In this document: piece by piece, positions 41,949 through 52,489 of the stretch
Numbering within the stretch: the first letter of the stretch is position 1
How the letters are laid out: each line of letters starts with the position of its first letter
Assembly: GCA_965243645.1 (NCBI GenBank)
Contig: CBDEVD010000005.1
Location: 23,258-87,257 of the forward strand
Reading direction: 5' to 3'
Origin: Arenicellales bacterium
Lineage (GTDB): Bacteria; Pseudomonadota; Gammaproteobacteria; Arenicellales; JAJDZL01
Length of the DNA: 64,000 nt
The notes under the pieces: generated by a model
What the model was told of the DNA's origin: nothing
The model's database searches: none
The model's input: only the letters and a program-made list of their open reading frames with translations
Made by a program: the position numbers and the translations under genes

Positions 41949-42974
41949 GTGCAACATTCCGGATCCAATACGTCGCTGAATACCATCCTCGCCCTGGCAG
42001 CGTTTGTCATCATCGTTGCCGGCATGAAGGTTTCTAGCCCAATTCTGGTACCCATCCTGTTGGCAATTTTCATCGCAACACTCAGTGCACCACCACTGCT
42101 GTGGCTGGAAAACAAGGGACTCCCAACAATATTGGCGCTACTGGTTGTCATCTCGATGATTTTTGCCGTAGGACTGCTGCTGGCTTCATTGGTGGGTAAA
42201 TCCATCAATGATTTCCAAAGCCAGCTACCTGTTTACGAACAACGCCTGCAAACACTATTTGACGCGTCACAGGCAACTATGGTACAGCTGGGTATACAAG
42301 TCCAGTTTGCGGACATCGCCAATGCCATCAATCCCCAATCGGTTGCAACGGCAGTGGGTCGTTTGGCTAACGAAGTCGGTGCGATCGTGGCGAATGCGTT
42401 TTTGATTTTCCTGATGGTCATCTTCATGCTGTTCGAGGTTTCCACCTTACCGGACAAACTTGCCAAGATTACCAAACGACCGGTCGACTCGATCGAACGC
42501 CTGTCCAATTTCAAGAAAAATTTGCAGCGCTACCTGGTGATTAAGACACTCGCCAGCATGGCAACTGCCCTGATGGTCTGGATCATGCTGACAATTCTCG
42601 GCGTCGATTTTGCAATTTTGTGGGCGCTACTCGCGTTCTTTTTGAATTTTGTGCCCAATATCGGTTCGATCATCGCGGCTGTTCCAGCGGTACTGATTAC
42701 CGTTCTTCAAATTAATATTTCAACAGGGCTGGGAGTCGCAGCTGGTTATTTTTTCATCAATTTTCTGATCGGCTCAGTGATTGAACCGCGCGTGGCCGGA
42801 CGCCACTTGGGGCTGTCACCGTTAATTGTCTTTATGTCCTTGATTTTTTGGGGCTGGGTACTGGGTCCGGTGGGCATGTTCCTGTCAGTACCGTTGACTA
42901 TGATGGTGCGGTTGGTCGCTGAGAGTAGCGAAAATTTACGGTGGCTTGCTGTCGTGCTGAGCGATCGAGCATGA
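41949..42974 (+). CDS. AI-2E family (PerM-like) membrane transporter
   Basis: 341 aa, multi-TM, with the conserved ...FLNFVPNIGSIIA... and ...GLSPLIVFMSLIFWGWVLGPVGMFLSVPLT segments. Confidence 0.8.
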   Translation: MQHSGSNTSLNTILALAAFVIIVAGMKVSSPILVPILLAIFIATLSAPPLLWLENKGLPTILALLVVISMIFAVGLLLASLVGKSINDFQSQLPVYEQRLQTLFDASQATMVQLGIQVQFADIANAINPQSVATAVGRLANEVGAIVANAFLIFLMVIFMLFEVSTLPDKLAKITKRPVDSIERLSNFKKNLQRYLVIKTLASMATALMVWIMLTILGVDFAILWALLAFFLNFVPNIGSIIAAVPAVLITVLQINISTGLGVAAGYFFINFLIGSVIEPRVAGRHLGLSPLIVFMSLIFWGWVLGPVGMFLSVPLTMMVRLVAESSENLRWLAVVLSDRA

Positions 42975-45082
42975 ATCTGAAGTCTGCTCCTGTAAAGCTT
43001 GCCAGGAGAATCAAAGCCCAGACGAAGCCCCGGCCTCAACCCCCTGCTGCCCCACGCCATGACCACACGCATGTGACTCATGGGGATGCCCGTGAAGATC
43101 CGTTTTATTGGCTTCGTGAGCGCAACAATCCTGAGGTTACCCACTACCTGAATGCAGAAAACGCCTATGCACAGGATTGGCTTGCACGGCTGGAACCACT
43201 GCGCGAAGAGCTGGTCAGTGAAATGTACGACCGCGTTGTGGAAACTGATTCCTCAGTGCCGGTTAAATTGGATCAGTACGAGTACTTCAGTAAGGACCGG
43301 CAACAAGACGATTATCGTTCACACTGGCGTCGCCACCTCGATCGGCCCGATACTGACGAGTTGCTTCTCAATGAGAATGAATTGGCGGCCGGACACAAAT
43401 ACTTTGATCTCGAGAGTCTTGAGGTCAGTCCCAACCACTATTTAATGGGTTATGCAACTGATTTTAAGGGCGATGAAATTTATACGATTGAGGTATTGGA
43501 TCTGCAAAACCGGACCTTGCTGGCAGATCGAATCGATAATGCCTCCGGTAATTTTGTCTGGAGCCAAGACAGTCGTAGCATCTATTACACCACCTTGAAT
43601 TCGATGCACCGACCTTATCGGGTTTACCGACACCGCCTCGGAACTGATCGAACTGACGATGAACTCGTATTCGAAGAACTCGATGAAGCATTCTACGTAT
43701 CACTGTCTGCATCAGACAGCCGAAAGTTCATTCAGATTGAGGTCAACAATAAGATTACTTCGGAAGTCTACCTCCTGGATACTTTCGATAACGAAGCCAT
43801 GCCACAGTCGGTATTGGCGCGCAGGGCAGACATCCGCTACGAAGTTCAAGACTACGGGGATTCTCTTTACATTCTAACCAATGACGATGCAGTGAATTTT
43901 CGACTGGTCAAAACTAGACTGAACAATCCTGATCGCACGCATTGGGTGGACGTGGTTCCCGCACATGACCGGGTCACGCTGACTGGCTTTGCGGTATTCA
44001 AGGATTTCATCGCGCTTGAAGAACGGCGCGATGGCTTACCGACTGTTCGAGTGCTGACTCACGAAGCAGACGACGGATACCTCGTCAACAAGCCGCCAAA
44101 AATACAGGAACTCCGGCTTGGTCCCAATTGGGAGTTTGATACCAGTATTTGTCGATTGGGCGGTAATGCCCTGGACATGCCTTACTCGTCTTACGATTTG
44201 GATATGGCTACCGGTGAAACAACTCATCTAAAGACACAACCTGTGGGTGGTCACTTCGACCCAACCGACTACGTAACAGAAAAACATCTGGCGCAATCAC
44301 ACGAGGGTGAAGCGATTCCGATCTACCTTGTGTATAACCGCAACGCCACCACCCAAAAGCCCGCTCCGCTGCTGCTCTATGGCTACGGATCATATGGGCT
44401 GAATTCCAGTCTTTATTTTTCTTCCCGACGGCTGTCGCTGCTGGATCGCGGGATTATCTTTGCGATCACACAGATTCGGGGCGGCAGTGAGATGGGCAGG
44501 AGCTGGTACCTGAATGGGAAACTGGACAAGAAGAAAAACACTTTTTACGACTTTCATGCCTGTGCAGATTATTTATTAGCCAATGAAATTACCAGTCCGC
44601 AGCAAATGGCCATCATGGGCGGAAGTGCCGGTGGCCTGGTCGTCGGTCATTTTCTCAATTCAGACAGACAGCAATGCAAGGCTGCGCTGGCACTGGTGCC
44701 ATTCGTTGATATCGTTACAACAATTCTGGATGACACGCTGCCGCTGTCAATTGTTGAACGGGACGAATGGGGAGACCCCAATGATCCCGCGATGTATGAA
44801 TACATGAAATCGTATTCACCTTATGACAATGTTCGATCAGGGGACTACCCGGCCCTCTATATCACTGGCGGACTGAATGATTCGCGGGTGGGATTCTGGG
44901 AGCCGGCCAAGTGGGCGGCCAGAATTCGACAATGCAAGACTGACGACAATCCAGTGCTGTTGGTTACCGAGATGGATTCCGGACATTCCGGTGCTTCGGG
45001 CAGGTTGGACTCTTTACGCGACACCGCGCGCGAGTATGCGTTTATCGTCGATCAGTTGTTACCCGACCCGGTATCGCAATAA
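42971..45082 (+). CDS. ptrB: Oligopeptidase B / S9 prolyl-oligopeptidase-family serine protease
   Basis: DPFYWLRERNNPEVTHYLNAENAY N-terminus, catalytic GGSAGGL, and ...GHSG... near the C-terminus. The start is set at the internal ATG (MNLKS...) because the longer ORF overlaps perM. Confidence 0.8.
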   Translation: MNLKSAPVKLARRIKAQTKPRPQPPAAPRHDHTHVTHGDAREDPFYWLRERNNPEVTHYLNAENAYAQDWLARLEPLREELVSEMYDRVVETDSSVPVKLDQYEYFSKDRQQDDYRSHWRRHLDRPDTDELLLNENELAAGHKYFDLESLEVSPNHYLMGYATDFKGDEIYTIEVLDLQNRTLLADRIDNASGNFVWSQDSRSIYYTTLNSMHRPYRVYRHRLGTDRTDDELVFEELDEAFYVSLSASDSRKFIQIEVNNKITSEVYLLDTFDNEAMPQSVLARRADIRYEVQDYGDSLYILTNDDAVNFRLVKTRLNNPDRTHWVDVVPAHDRVTLTGFAVFKDFIALEERRDGLPTVRVLTHEADDGYLVNKPPKIQELRLGPNWEFDTSICRLGGNALDMPYSSYDLDMATGETTHLKTQPVGGHFDPTDYVTEKHLAQSHEGEAIPIYLVYNRNATTQKPAPLLLYGYGSYGLNSSLYFSSRRLSLLDRGIIFAITQIRGGSEMGRSWYLNGKLDKKKNTFYDFHACADYLLANEITSPQQMAIMGGSAGGLVVGHFLNSDRQQCKAALALVPFVDIVTTILDDTLPLSIVERDEWGDPNDPAMYEYMKSYSPYDNVRSGDYPALYITGGLNDSRVGFWEPAKWAARIRQCKTDDNPVLLVTEMDSGHSGASGRLDSLRDTAREYAFIVDQLLPDPVSQ

Positions 45083-45132
45083 AATTGGAGCAACGATCGC
45101 GGCGCAATTTCACCCCACCTTAATACCCATTC

Positions 45133-45996
45133 ATGGCTTCGGTTCTACAACGTCAATTCAATCAATCGGCACCGGATATCAGAATCCAGGATCCGGTGTG
45201 TTTCGCGACCAGCCGGGGTCAGGAATCGGGGTTTGTCGCAGCAATCAGTGGTCGGAAAGCCGATGTGGTGGCATTGTCTGGCGATGAATATGTCGTGCCC
45301 CTATTCATGCTCGCGCGCAGGCCCGGTGAATCTCCCAAACGCGTGTTTACGACCGATCAAATGCTGCGCTGTGCATTTCGAATCAATGACACAGTTTCTT
45401 TCCAAAATAAGGGGAAAAAGATCACCGGTGCAATTAATCAACTTAACCCGACGCGGGCACGGGTCACCGATGAGGACACCCATTGGAACGTACCTTACTC
45501 AATGCTGCACGGGGAGCAGGCCGAAACGCGCAAACAACACAGTCTCGAAAAATTGACTGCGACTGCGCAGTTGGCAGACCGGTTGCTTGAGCAACACGGG
45601 CTTAAGGAGTGGCGCTTCACTTATGACAATGCCAACAAACGTGCCGGGAGCTGCGATCATACCAGACAAATTATCTCGATGGCTGAACAGTTTTGCCTCA
45701 CTGTCGATGCGGATCAGATCGCGGACACCTTATTGCATGAAATTGCGCACGCACTGGTCGGTGCTCGGCATGGGCATGATGCAATATGGCAGGCTAAAGC
45801 CCGTGAGATCGGTTGTAGTGCGGAACGAACCCATTGCATCAATTTTTCCGCACCACGCTATATCGTGTCCTGTAAATCATGCGGAACGTATGGCGCACGC
45901 GATAAACGCGGTAAGAATCAGGTTTGCAAGCGCTGTAAGACACCGATTACCTATGAGCTCTACTCGGAGGCACTGTGGAACGCGTATCAGAAGTAG
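45133..45996 (+). CDS. SprT-like zinc metalloprotease-domain protein
   Basis: HEIAHAL zinc motif and the C-terminal zinc ribbon CKSCG...CKRC. Confidence 0.7.
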   Translation: MASVLQRQFNQSAPDIRIQDPVCFATSRGQESGFVAAISGRKADVVALSGDEYVVPLFMLARRPGESPKRVFTTDQMLRCAFRINDTVSFQNKGKKITGAINQLNPTRARVTDEDTHWNVPYSMLHGEQAETRKQHSLEKLTATAQLADRLLEQHGLKEWRFTYDNANKRAGSCDHTRQIISMAEQFCLTVDADQIADTLLHEIAHALVGARHGHDAIWQAKAREIGCSAERTHCINFSAPRYIVSCKSCGTYGARDKRGKNQVCKRCKTPITYELYSEALWNAYQK

Positions 45997-46520
45997 TCCA
46001 CCGCGACTGGCTGTTTGATTGGCATAGCAAAGCCACTGAACCGAAAGAGGGCTTCGAAATTCAGCACGATGGCGAGCTGCTTCGCGTGGTGTTGCGGACG
46101 AACGCCGCGTCGAATCGTCAAGCACTCTTGATTTGCGTGCTATTTCTATCGTGCGCTGCAATTGCCATCGCTATAATATTTGCTTTATTTGGAGCATGGC
46201 TGATCCTGCCTTTTGCAGGGCTGGAAGTCTTGTTACTTGCAATTGGTGCAGTGGCTGCCTGTTCCCATACCGGTGATGCTGACCTGCTGGTCATCAGTCG
46301 GAACTATGTTCATCTGACACAGAGGCGTCGATCGAAGCGGTCTGTAACCTCGTATATCAGGGAATGGACAAGATTCGTTTTGGTGCCTGGAAAAACGAGC
46401 CATGAACCGGCTCGTTTGCTGATTGTCAACCGAGTTCAGGAACTCGAAATTGGAGAATTTTTGATCGAAAGTTCGAAAGTGCGCCTATATCACCAGCTGA
46501 CCGAACTGGTCAGAAATTAA
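45975..46520 (+). CDS. DUF2244-type integral membrane protein (commonly precedes coxB)
   Basis: Two adjacent TM helices followed by a soluble tail. Position immediately upstream of coxB. Confidence 0.55.
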   Translation: MERVSEVVHRDWLFDWHSKATEPKEGFEIQHDGELLRVVLRTNAASNRQALLICVLFLSCAAIAIAIIFALFGAWLILPFAGLEVLLLAIGAVAACSHTGDADLLVISRNYVHLTQRRRSKRSVTSYIREWTRFVLVPGKTSHEPARLLIVNRVQELEIGEFLIESSKVRLYHQLTELVRN

Positions 46521-46559
46521 GTATAAATTACAGCAAATAATCGCCCGTATGGGAGCCCA

Positions 46560-47753
46560 TTGATGTCACGAATGTATCGTAGAGCGAGAAACTTGCTGCG
46601 CATTGTCGCAGTCTCGATCGCACTGTTTCCTCTGAACGTCTATTCGGAATGGGGGCTGAATCTGCCGCCACCATCATCTCCAGTAGCCGCCCGGATTCTG
46701 GACTTGCACAATGCCATCATGATCGTGTGTCTCGTGATTTTCGTTGTCGTATTTGGGGTGATGTTTTATTCGCTTTATGCCCATCGCAAAAGCCGCGGTC
46801 ATCAGGCGCACCAATTCAGCCATAACTCGAAACTCGAAGTGGTTTGGACCGTTATTCCCTTCCTGATCCTGGTGGGCATGGCCATACCTTCAACCGCCAC
46901 CTTACTCTACATGGAGGATACTACTGAATCGGATTTGACAGTGAAAATTACCGGTTACCAGTGGAAGTGGCATTATGAATATCTCGATCACGATATCGGT
47001 TATTTCAGTAATCTGTCGACACCGCGTGCACAAATTGAAAATCGCGAACCCAAGGGCGAACACTACCTCTTGGAAGTTGACAATCCAGTCGTCATTCCCG
47101 CTAATCGGAAAGTCAGGTTCTTGCTTACCTCAAATGACGTGATTCATGCCTGGTGGATTCCAAAGTTCGGCGTTAAGAAAGATGCCATTCCGGGCTACAT
47201 CAACGAATTTTGGACGAATGTTGACTCACCTGGAACTTACCGGGGACAATGTGCGGAGCTTTGCGGTAAGGATCACGGATTCATGCCCATTGTGGCTGAA
47301 GTGCTAACGCCAGAAGAGTTTGATGCCTGGGTGGAGGCCAATCAACCCAAACAGGTTGCTGCAGTTGCGCCGATGACAACTGAGACAGAAACTGCATCTG
47401 ATGCGGCGCCAGAGCAAGTCGCCGCGGCCGCCGAACCGGCCCGCGAATGGACCATGGACGAGTTGATGGAACACGGCCAGACCGTGTATTTTCAATGCAT
47501 TGCCTGTCACGGCCCCGAAGGCCAAGGTGTCCCACCGACCTTTCCGCCACTCACGGGCAGTGAAATCACAACAGGCCCGATAGATGCACACATTGACATC
47601 GTCCTCAACGGCAGACCGAATACAACAATGCTGCCCTTCGCGCTGCAACTGAGTGATGAAGACATCGCTGCGGTCATAACCTATGAACGCAACGCACTCG
47701 GCAACAGCGTGGGTGATATGGTCCAACCAGCCGACATTGCGGCCAGACGCTAA
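46560..47753 (+). CDS. coxB: Cytochrome c oxidase subunit II with a C-terminal cytochrome c domain
   Basis: CuA motif HAWWIPKFG...CAELCGKDHGFM and haem c motif CIACHG. Confidence 0.95.
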   Translation: MMSRMYRRARNLLRIVAVSIALFPLNVYSEWGLNLPPPSSPVAARILDLHNAIMIVCLVIFVVVFGVMFYSLYAHRKSRGHQAHQFSHNSKLEVVWTVIPFLILVGMAIPSTATLLYMEDTTESDLTVKITGYQWKWHYEYLDHDIGYFSNLSTPRAQIENREPKGEHYLLEVDNPVVIPANRKVRFLLTSNDVIHAWWIPKFGVKKDAIPGYINEFWTNVDSPGTYRGQCAELCGKDHGFMPIVAEVLTPEEFDAWVEANQPKQVAAVAPMTTETETASDAAPEQVAAAAEPAREWTMDELMEHGQTVYFQCIACHGPEGQGVPPTFPPLTGSEITTGPIDAHIDIVLNGRPNTTMLPFALQLSDEDIAAVITYERNALGNSVGDMVQPADIAARR

Positions 47754-47818
47754 ATAGGTAGGTAACGTGACCATCATTCGAACCGATAACATTTTTTCTT
47801 ATACAGGGTAAAAATACT

Positions 47819-49402
47819 ATGTCCGCTGCGCACACCGAAGCACACGACCATCATCACGACCACCGTCCGAGCGGCATCATGCGTTGGTTGACAACAACCA
47901 ACCACAAGGACATAGGCACGATGTACCTGATTTTCTCGCTGACGATGTTTTTTGTCGGCGGGGTCATGGCACTCGCGATTCGTGCTGAGCTGTTTCAACC
48001 CGGTTTGCAGGTTGTCAACCCTGAGTTATTTAATTCACTGACAACCATGCATGCACTGATCATGATTTTTGGTGCCATCATGCCGGGGTTTGTGGGGTTT
48101 GCCAACTGGCTGATTCCCATGATGATTGGTGCGCCTGATATGGCACTGCCCAGAATGAACAACTGGAGTTTCTGGATTTTGCCATTTGCATTCGCCATGC
48201 TGCTGGGAAGTCTCTTTACCGTCGGCGGTGGACCCGCTTCCGGCTGGACACTCTATGCACCGCTATCGGTTCAAGGCGGTGTTGGCGTTGATATGACCAT
48301 TCTTTCCATTCACATGATGGGAATCTCCTCCGTTCTTGGCGCAATCAATATCATCGTAACAATCATGAACATGCGCGCACCTGGCATGAATCTGATGAAA
48401 ATGCCGCTGTTCGTTTGGACCTGGCTGATCACTGCATTCCTGCTCATTGCCGCAATGCCTGTCCTGGCCGGTGCTGTAACCATGCTGCTCACCGACCGAC
48501 ACTTTGGCACTGCTTTCTTTGACCCGGCCGGTGGCGGCGATCCGGTACTCTTTCAGCATATCTTTTGGTTTTTTGGGCATCCAGAAGTGTACATTCTGAT
48601 CTTGCCCGCGTTTGGTATCGTCTCGCAGATAGTGCCGACGTTTTCCCGCAAACCCCTGTTTGGTTATGATTCCATGGTGTTTGCCACCGCAGGTATTGCA
48701 TTCTTGTCATTCATCGTGTGGGCGCATCATATGTTCACCGTAGGCATGCCACTGGCTGGTGAGCTGTTTTTCATGTATGCAACAATGCTGATTGCAGTAC
48801 CAACAGGCGTTAAGGTCTTCAATTGGGTGGCCACGATGTGGCGCGGTTCAATTACGTTTGAAACGCCCATGCTGTTTGCGCTTGCGGTTGTGTTCCTGTT
48901 TACCATTGGCGGGCTGTCCGGATTAATGCTGGCCATCGTACCAGCGGATTTCCAATATCACGATACGTATTTTGTGGTCGCACACTTTCACTATGTGTTG
49001 TTCGCCGGCTCGATCATGTCAATGATGGGTGCAGCTTATTACTGGCTGCCCAAATGGACTGGCCGCATGTACAGCGAAAGACTGGGTAAGACCCATTTCT
49101 GGTTGACCACGATTTTCTTTAACGTGACCTTTTTCCCGCAGCACTTCCTAGGGCTGGCCGGTATGCCGCGCCGAATTCCTGATTATGCGTTGGAGTTTAC
49201 TGAATTCAACGTGATATCGTCCATTGGTGCTTTCGGACTAGGACTGGCACAGCTTCTGTTCGTTTACATCATCATCCAAGCGGTGCGCGGTAAAAACGAA
49301 AAAGCGACCGCACAGGTTTGGGAAGGCGCAGACGGGCTTGAGTGGACAGTGGATTCACCACCACCGTACCATACGTTTGAAACGCCGCCAACCGTTAAGT
49401 AA
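47819..49402 (+). CDS. coxA: Cytochrome c oxidase subunit I
   Basis: TTNHKDIGTMYL, WFFGHPEVYILILP, HHMF, and 12 TM helices. Confidence 0.95.
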   Translation: MSAAHTEAHDHHHDHRPSGIMRWLTTTNHKDIGTMYLIFSLTMFFVGGVMALAIRAELFQPGLQVVNPELFNSLTTMHALIMIFGAIMPGFVGFANWLIPMMIGAPDMALPRMNNWSFWILPFAFAMLLGSLFTVGGGPASGWTLYAPLSVQGGVGVDMTILSIHMMGISSVLGAINIIVTIMNMRAPGMNLMKMPLFVWTWLITAFLLIAAMPVLAGAVTMLLTDRHFGTAFFDPAGGGDPVLFQHIFWFFGHPEVYILILPAFGIVSQIVPTFSRKPLFGYDSMVFATAGIAFLSFIVWAHHMFTVGMPLAGELFFMYATMLIAVPTGVKVFNWVATMWRGSITFETPMLFALAVVFLFTIGGLSGLMLAIVPADFQYHDTYFVVAHFHYVLFAGSIMSMMGAAYYWLPKWTGRMYSERLGKTHFWLTTIFFNVTFFPQHFLGLAGMPRRIPDYALEFTEFNVISSIGAFGLGLAQLLFVYIIIQAVRGKNEKATAQVWEGADGLEWTVDSPPPYHTFETPPTVK

Positions 49403-49425
49403 TCCGTTATAGAGTGATTGTTCAC

Positions 49426-49530
49426 GTGTCAAAAGATCAACGCGATAGCGTAAAGCGTACTGCCTGGATTCTGGGTTGCGTGGCAATGGTGTTTTTCGTG
49501 GCAATTATGGTGGTCGAGTACATCCGGTAA
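49426..49530 (+). CDS. Small (34 aa) single-TM protein between coxA and cox11; candidate oxidase small assembly protein
   Basis: GTG start. (M)SKDQRDSVKRTAWILGCVAMVFFVAIMVVEYIR. Below the ORF-track size cutoff; called from position and hydrophobic core only. Confidence 0.4.
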   Translation: MSKDQRDSVKRTAWILGCVAMVFFVAIMVVEYIR

Positions 49531-49547
49531 GCGATGGGTCAGATTTG

Positions 49548-50111
49548 ATGAATACCAAACGATCCAATACCCGCTGGCTGGTGATGCTCTCTGGAGCCGT
49601 GGTGTTAATGTTTGGTTTCGGCTATGCGCTGGTGCCGCTATATGACCTGTTTTGTGAAATAACAGGAATCGGCGGCAAGCCGACCGTTGCAAAATTGCAA
49701 CTGGAGGAATCCAATGTTGCGATCGATACCAGCAAAGAAGTCACAATCGAGTTTACCGCAACTGCCAACAATAACATGCCGTGGAAAGTTACGCCCCTGG
49801 TTCGAAAAACCAAAGTTCACCCTGGTGAAGTCCACGTCGTTAATTACCTGGTGGAAAACGCGGCGAATAAACTGATGGTTGGACAGGCGATACCAAGCAT
49901 TTCCCCGATGCAGGCCGGCAGACACATGGTCAAACTCGAGTGTTTCTGTTTTGACAATCAGACACTCGCGGCAGGTGAAAAGCGGGAAATGCCGGTGCGG
50001 TTTTATATTGATTCGGAACTGCCCGATGACATCAAAACGCTGACTTTGTCTTACAGCTTTTTTCAGTTGAAGACACAGCCGACTGATGATGCTGTAGAAG
50101 TGAAAAGCTAA
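49548..50111 (+). CDS. ctaG: Cytochrome c oxidase assembly protein Cox11/CtaG
   Basis: VPLYDLFCEITGIGG and the copper-site CFCF motif. The start is set at MNTKRSN (49548). Confidence 0.9.
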   Translation: MNTKRSNTRWLVMLSGAVVLMFGFGYALVPLYDLFCEITGIGGKPTVAKLQLEESNVAIDTSKEVTIEFTATANNNMPWKVTPLVRKTKVHPGEVHVVNYLVENAANKLMVGQAIPSISPMQAGRHMVKLECFCFDNQTLAAGEKREMPVRFYIDSELPDDIKTLTLSYSFFQLKTQPTDDAVEVKS

Positions 50112-50167
50112 TTTCCTATATACAGCACACCCCGAATGCTATTCAAACATACTAATGAGGATAACCG

Positions 50168-51046
50168 ATGAGCGCTTCGAACGGCGATTATTATCTCCCT
50201 GATCCCAGCCCATGGCCCTTAGTGGCATCCGTCGGGCTTTTTACCTTGGCCGGCGGATTCGTAATGCTGGTGAACGACGTTAATATGGCGCCATGGGTTA
50301 TGTTAGTCGGAGGCCTGATCATCGCTTTCATGATGTTCGGCTGGTTTGGCGTGGTTGTGCTGGAAAGTGAAGCGGGCAAATACAACGCCCGAGTGGATAT
50401 CTCCTTTCGCATGGGGATGCTGTGGTTCATCTTCTCTGAGGTTATGTTTTTTGCGGGCTTCTTTGGCGCATTGTTTTACTTGAGAAATCTCGCGGTGCCT
50501 TGGCTGGCAGAAACCGATATTCTGTGGATGGGGTACGAGGGCGGCTGGCCGACTGCTGGACCCATGGGCCAAGAGCTGATTGCTGGTGATACTCCGACAT
50601 CGGATCCCGGGAAGTTTTCAACCATTGGTGCCTGGGGAATTCCGGTTTGGAACACACTGATATTACTGACTTCCAGTGTTACTGTCACATTTGCGCATTG
50701 GGATCTTAAAAAGAACAATCGGACTGGTCTCATCATTTGGCTGTTTCTGACTGTTGTGCTTGGGTTCCTGTTTCTCTTCCTACAGGCGGAGGAATACATC
50801 CATGCCTATGCTGATCTCGGGCTGACTTTGGGTACTGGGGTTTATGGTGCGACGTTCTTTATGTTGACCGGATTTCACGGTGCACATGTCACAATCGGTG
50901 CGATCATATTAACTGTTATCCTGATTCGCGCCATTCGCGGACACTTCAAACCCGACCATCACTTCGGGTTCGAAGCAGCAGCCTGGTATTGGCATTTCGT
51001 TGATACGGTTTGGGTGGGACTCTTTATCTTTGTTTACGTCGTCTGA
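50168..51046 (+). CDS. coxC: Cytochrome c oxidase subunit III
   Basis: 7-TM pattern, ...FMLTGFHGAHVTIG..., WYWHFVD. Confidence 0.95.
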   Translation: MSASNGDYYLPDPSPWPLVASVGLFTLAGGFVMLVNDVNMAPWVMLVGGLIIAFMMFGWFGVVVLESEAGKYNARVDISFRMGMLWFIFSEVMFFAGFFGALFYLRNLAVPWLAETDILWMGYEGGWPTAGPMGQELIAGDTPTSDPGKFSTIGAWGIPVWNTLILLTSSVTVTFAHWDLKKNNRTGLIIWLFLTVVLGFLFLFLQAEEYIHAYADLGLTLGTGVYGATFFMLTGFHGAHVTIGAIILTVILIRAIRGHFKPDHHFGFEAAAWYWHFVDTVWVGLFIFVYVV

Positions 51047-51065
51047 CGACTAAACCAACCCGCTA

Positions 51066-51317
51066 TTATTCGCTTGATGCAGATTTAGGTGGAATCGGCA
51101 CCGTATTGCTGGGAGTAATCCAGCCGGTGTAAATTCCGCCAACGATCAAGCCAAATAACACAATCCAAATCGAGATTCGGGCGGTCAGTGCTTTGACCGT
51201 TCGCGTTCCGGAGCCGCGGTCTTTCAGCATGTACCAGAATGCTGAGACCAGCGTGCCAATCATCACTAGCACGAATAATATGATTATCACCTTTTGTGCG
51301 GTCATTCCTTTATTCAA
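51066..51317 (-). CDS. Twin-transmembrane-helix small protein (DUF2909)
   Basis: 83 aa with two TM helices. Conserved position after coxC. Confidence 0.7.
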   Translation of the reverse strand: MNKGMTAQKVIIILFVLVMIGTLVSAFWYMLKDRGSGTRTVKALTARISIWIVLFGLIVGGIYTGWITPSNTVPIPPKSASSE

Positions 51318-52050
51318 CCCATAATTGTTTTATTTGTTCCTGCAAATTGGTGATACGTAGCGTGGTTTATCGGAGTGAATAAACTGAACTCGTCAAATCG
51401 AAATAGTAAGCCTACAGTAGACGTTCTCTCACTCGTCAAGCAATCAACTGGGGACATTCAAAATTCCGATTTAATCCCTGCTGTTGACACAAGTTGAATT
51501 ATAGGAGGCGGGCGGCGATTACGAACTCATTCCGCATTGAATCCTCCAAAATCACTGATCATCTGAGGAACAAACTGAGGTCGAGTGACACAGGAGTGTT
51601 GCATTGTCAACCATATCTCACTTAGTTGATAAGTAATGTATACAAATAGCGATTTGCGTATGGGAAATTTGGAAGGGCCCGACTGTTTTTCGACATCGCG
51701 TAAACTTGAATTCCGGGGCCTGTCTTACATATTCCATATCCAAAGTAATAGGCCGGTCAAGAATACTGAAAGGGTGTAGTCTTCCGAAGCCGATGTGACC
51801 AATTGATCATTCTCTTGATGATTGGCTTATCGCTAACCCGTCAGAGCCGGTAGCGGACATTCGCCACGAAGGAAGGGGATATATAGTTGTACACTAACCT
51901 CTAAATTGCATAAACGTTAGAATGATCGTTCCACGATGATATAATTCAATCTGTGCATTACAGAAGCATAATTGTGTTTCAATTAAAGTTATTCATATAA
52001 CTTATTAATATAGAATTACTAATCATCAGTATTGTAAGGGAGATTACACG

Positions 52051-52329
52051 ATGGATCAAGACCTGCATCACAGAATTGAAGACTTGGAATTACTGTGCAG
52101 GCAAACACTCAAAGCTGTCAATAGCCTCAGAATGGATATAAATAGTCTGAGAGAAGAACAAATAATCATGAGAGAAGAACAAAAAATCATGAGAGAAGAA
52201 CAAAAAGAACAAGTAGCTCAAACTCATGCACTATTGAAACAACTTGGAGCACGCGTTGGCAGTGTCGAGGGACGGATGTCTGCTGTCGAGGAAAGATTGA
52301 AAGCAGTTGAGGATGTGGTATTTGCCTAA
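52051..52329 (+). CDS. Small (92 aa) coiled-coil protein containing 21-bp tandem repeats
   Basis: GGGAGA RBS 8 nt upstream. Heptad-like sequence. REEQ(I/K)IM repeated (52150-52210). Followed by a strong terminator. Confidence 0.55.
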   Translation: MDQDLHHRIEDLELLCRQTLKAVNSLRMDINSLREEQIIMREEQKIMREEQKEQVAQTHALLKQLGARVGSVEGRMSAVEERLKAVEDVVFA

Positions 52330-52355
52330 ACTGCTTGTCACAATATATTTTCTTT

Positions 52356-52397
52356 GAATGGCGGTTAGTTTCTCATAAACCGCCATTCTTTTTTTTG
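52356..52397 (+). terminator. Rho-independent terminator after the coiled-coil ORF
   Basis: GAATGGCGGTT-loop-AACCGCCATTC followed by T9. Confidence 0.8.
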
Positions 52398-52415
52398 ATA
52401 CAGCGTGCTCTGGTG

Positions 52416-52450
52416 CGCAAAACAGAAACGGGGTATTACTGCACCCCGTT
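52416..52450 (-). terminator. Rho-independent terminator after the autotransporter gene
   Basis: On the minus strand: AACGGGGT-gcagtaat-ACCCCGTT followed by TCTGTTTTG. Confidence 0.65.
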
Positions 52451-52489
52451 CCATATCGTCGTCAAATTTGACGAATGTTCTTGAAAAGA

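Noticed and set aside
52150-52210. Tandem repeats as a possible CRISPR or minisatellite array
   Set aside because: Only 2.7 directly adjacent 21-bp units with no spacers, in frame within a coding sequence.
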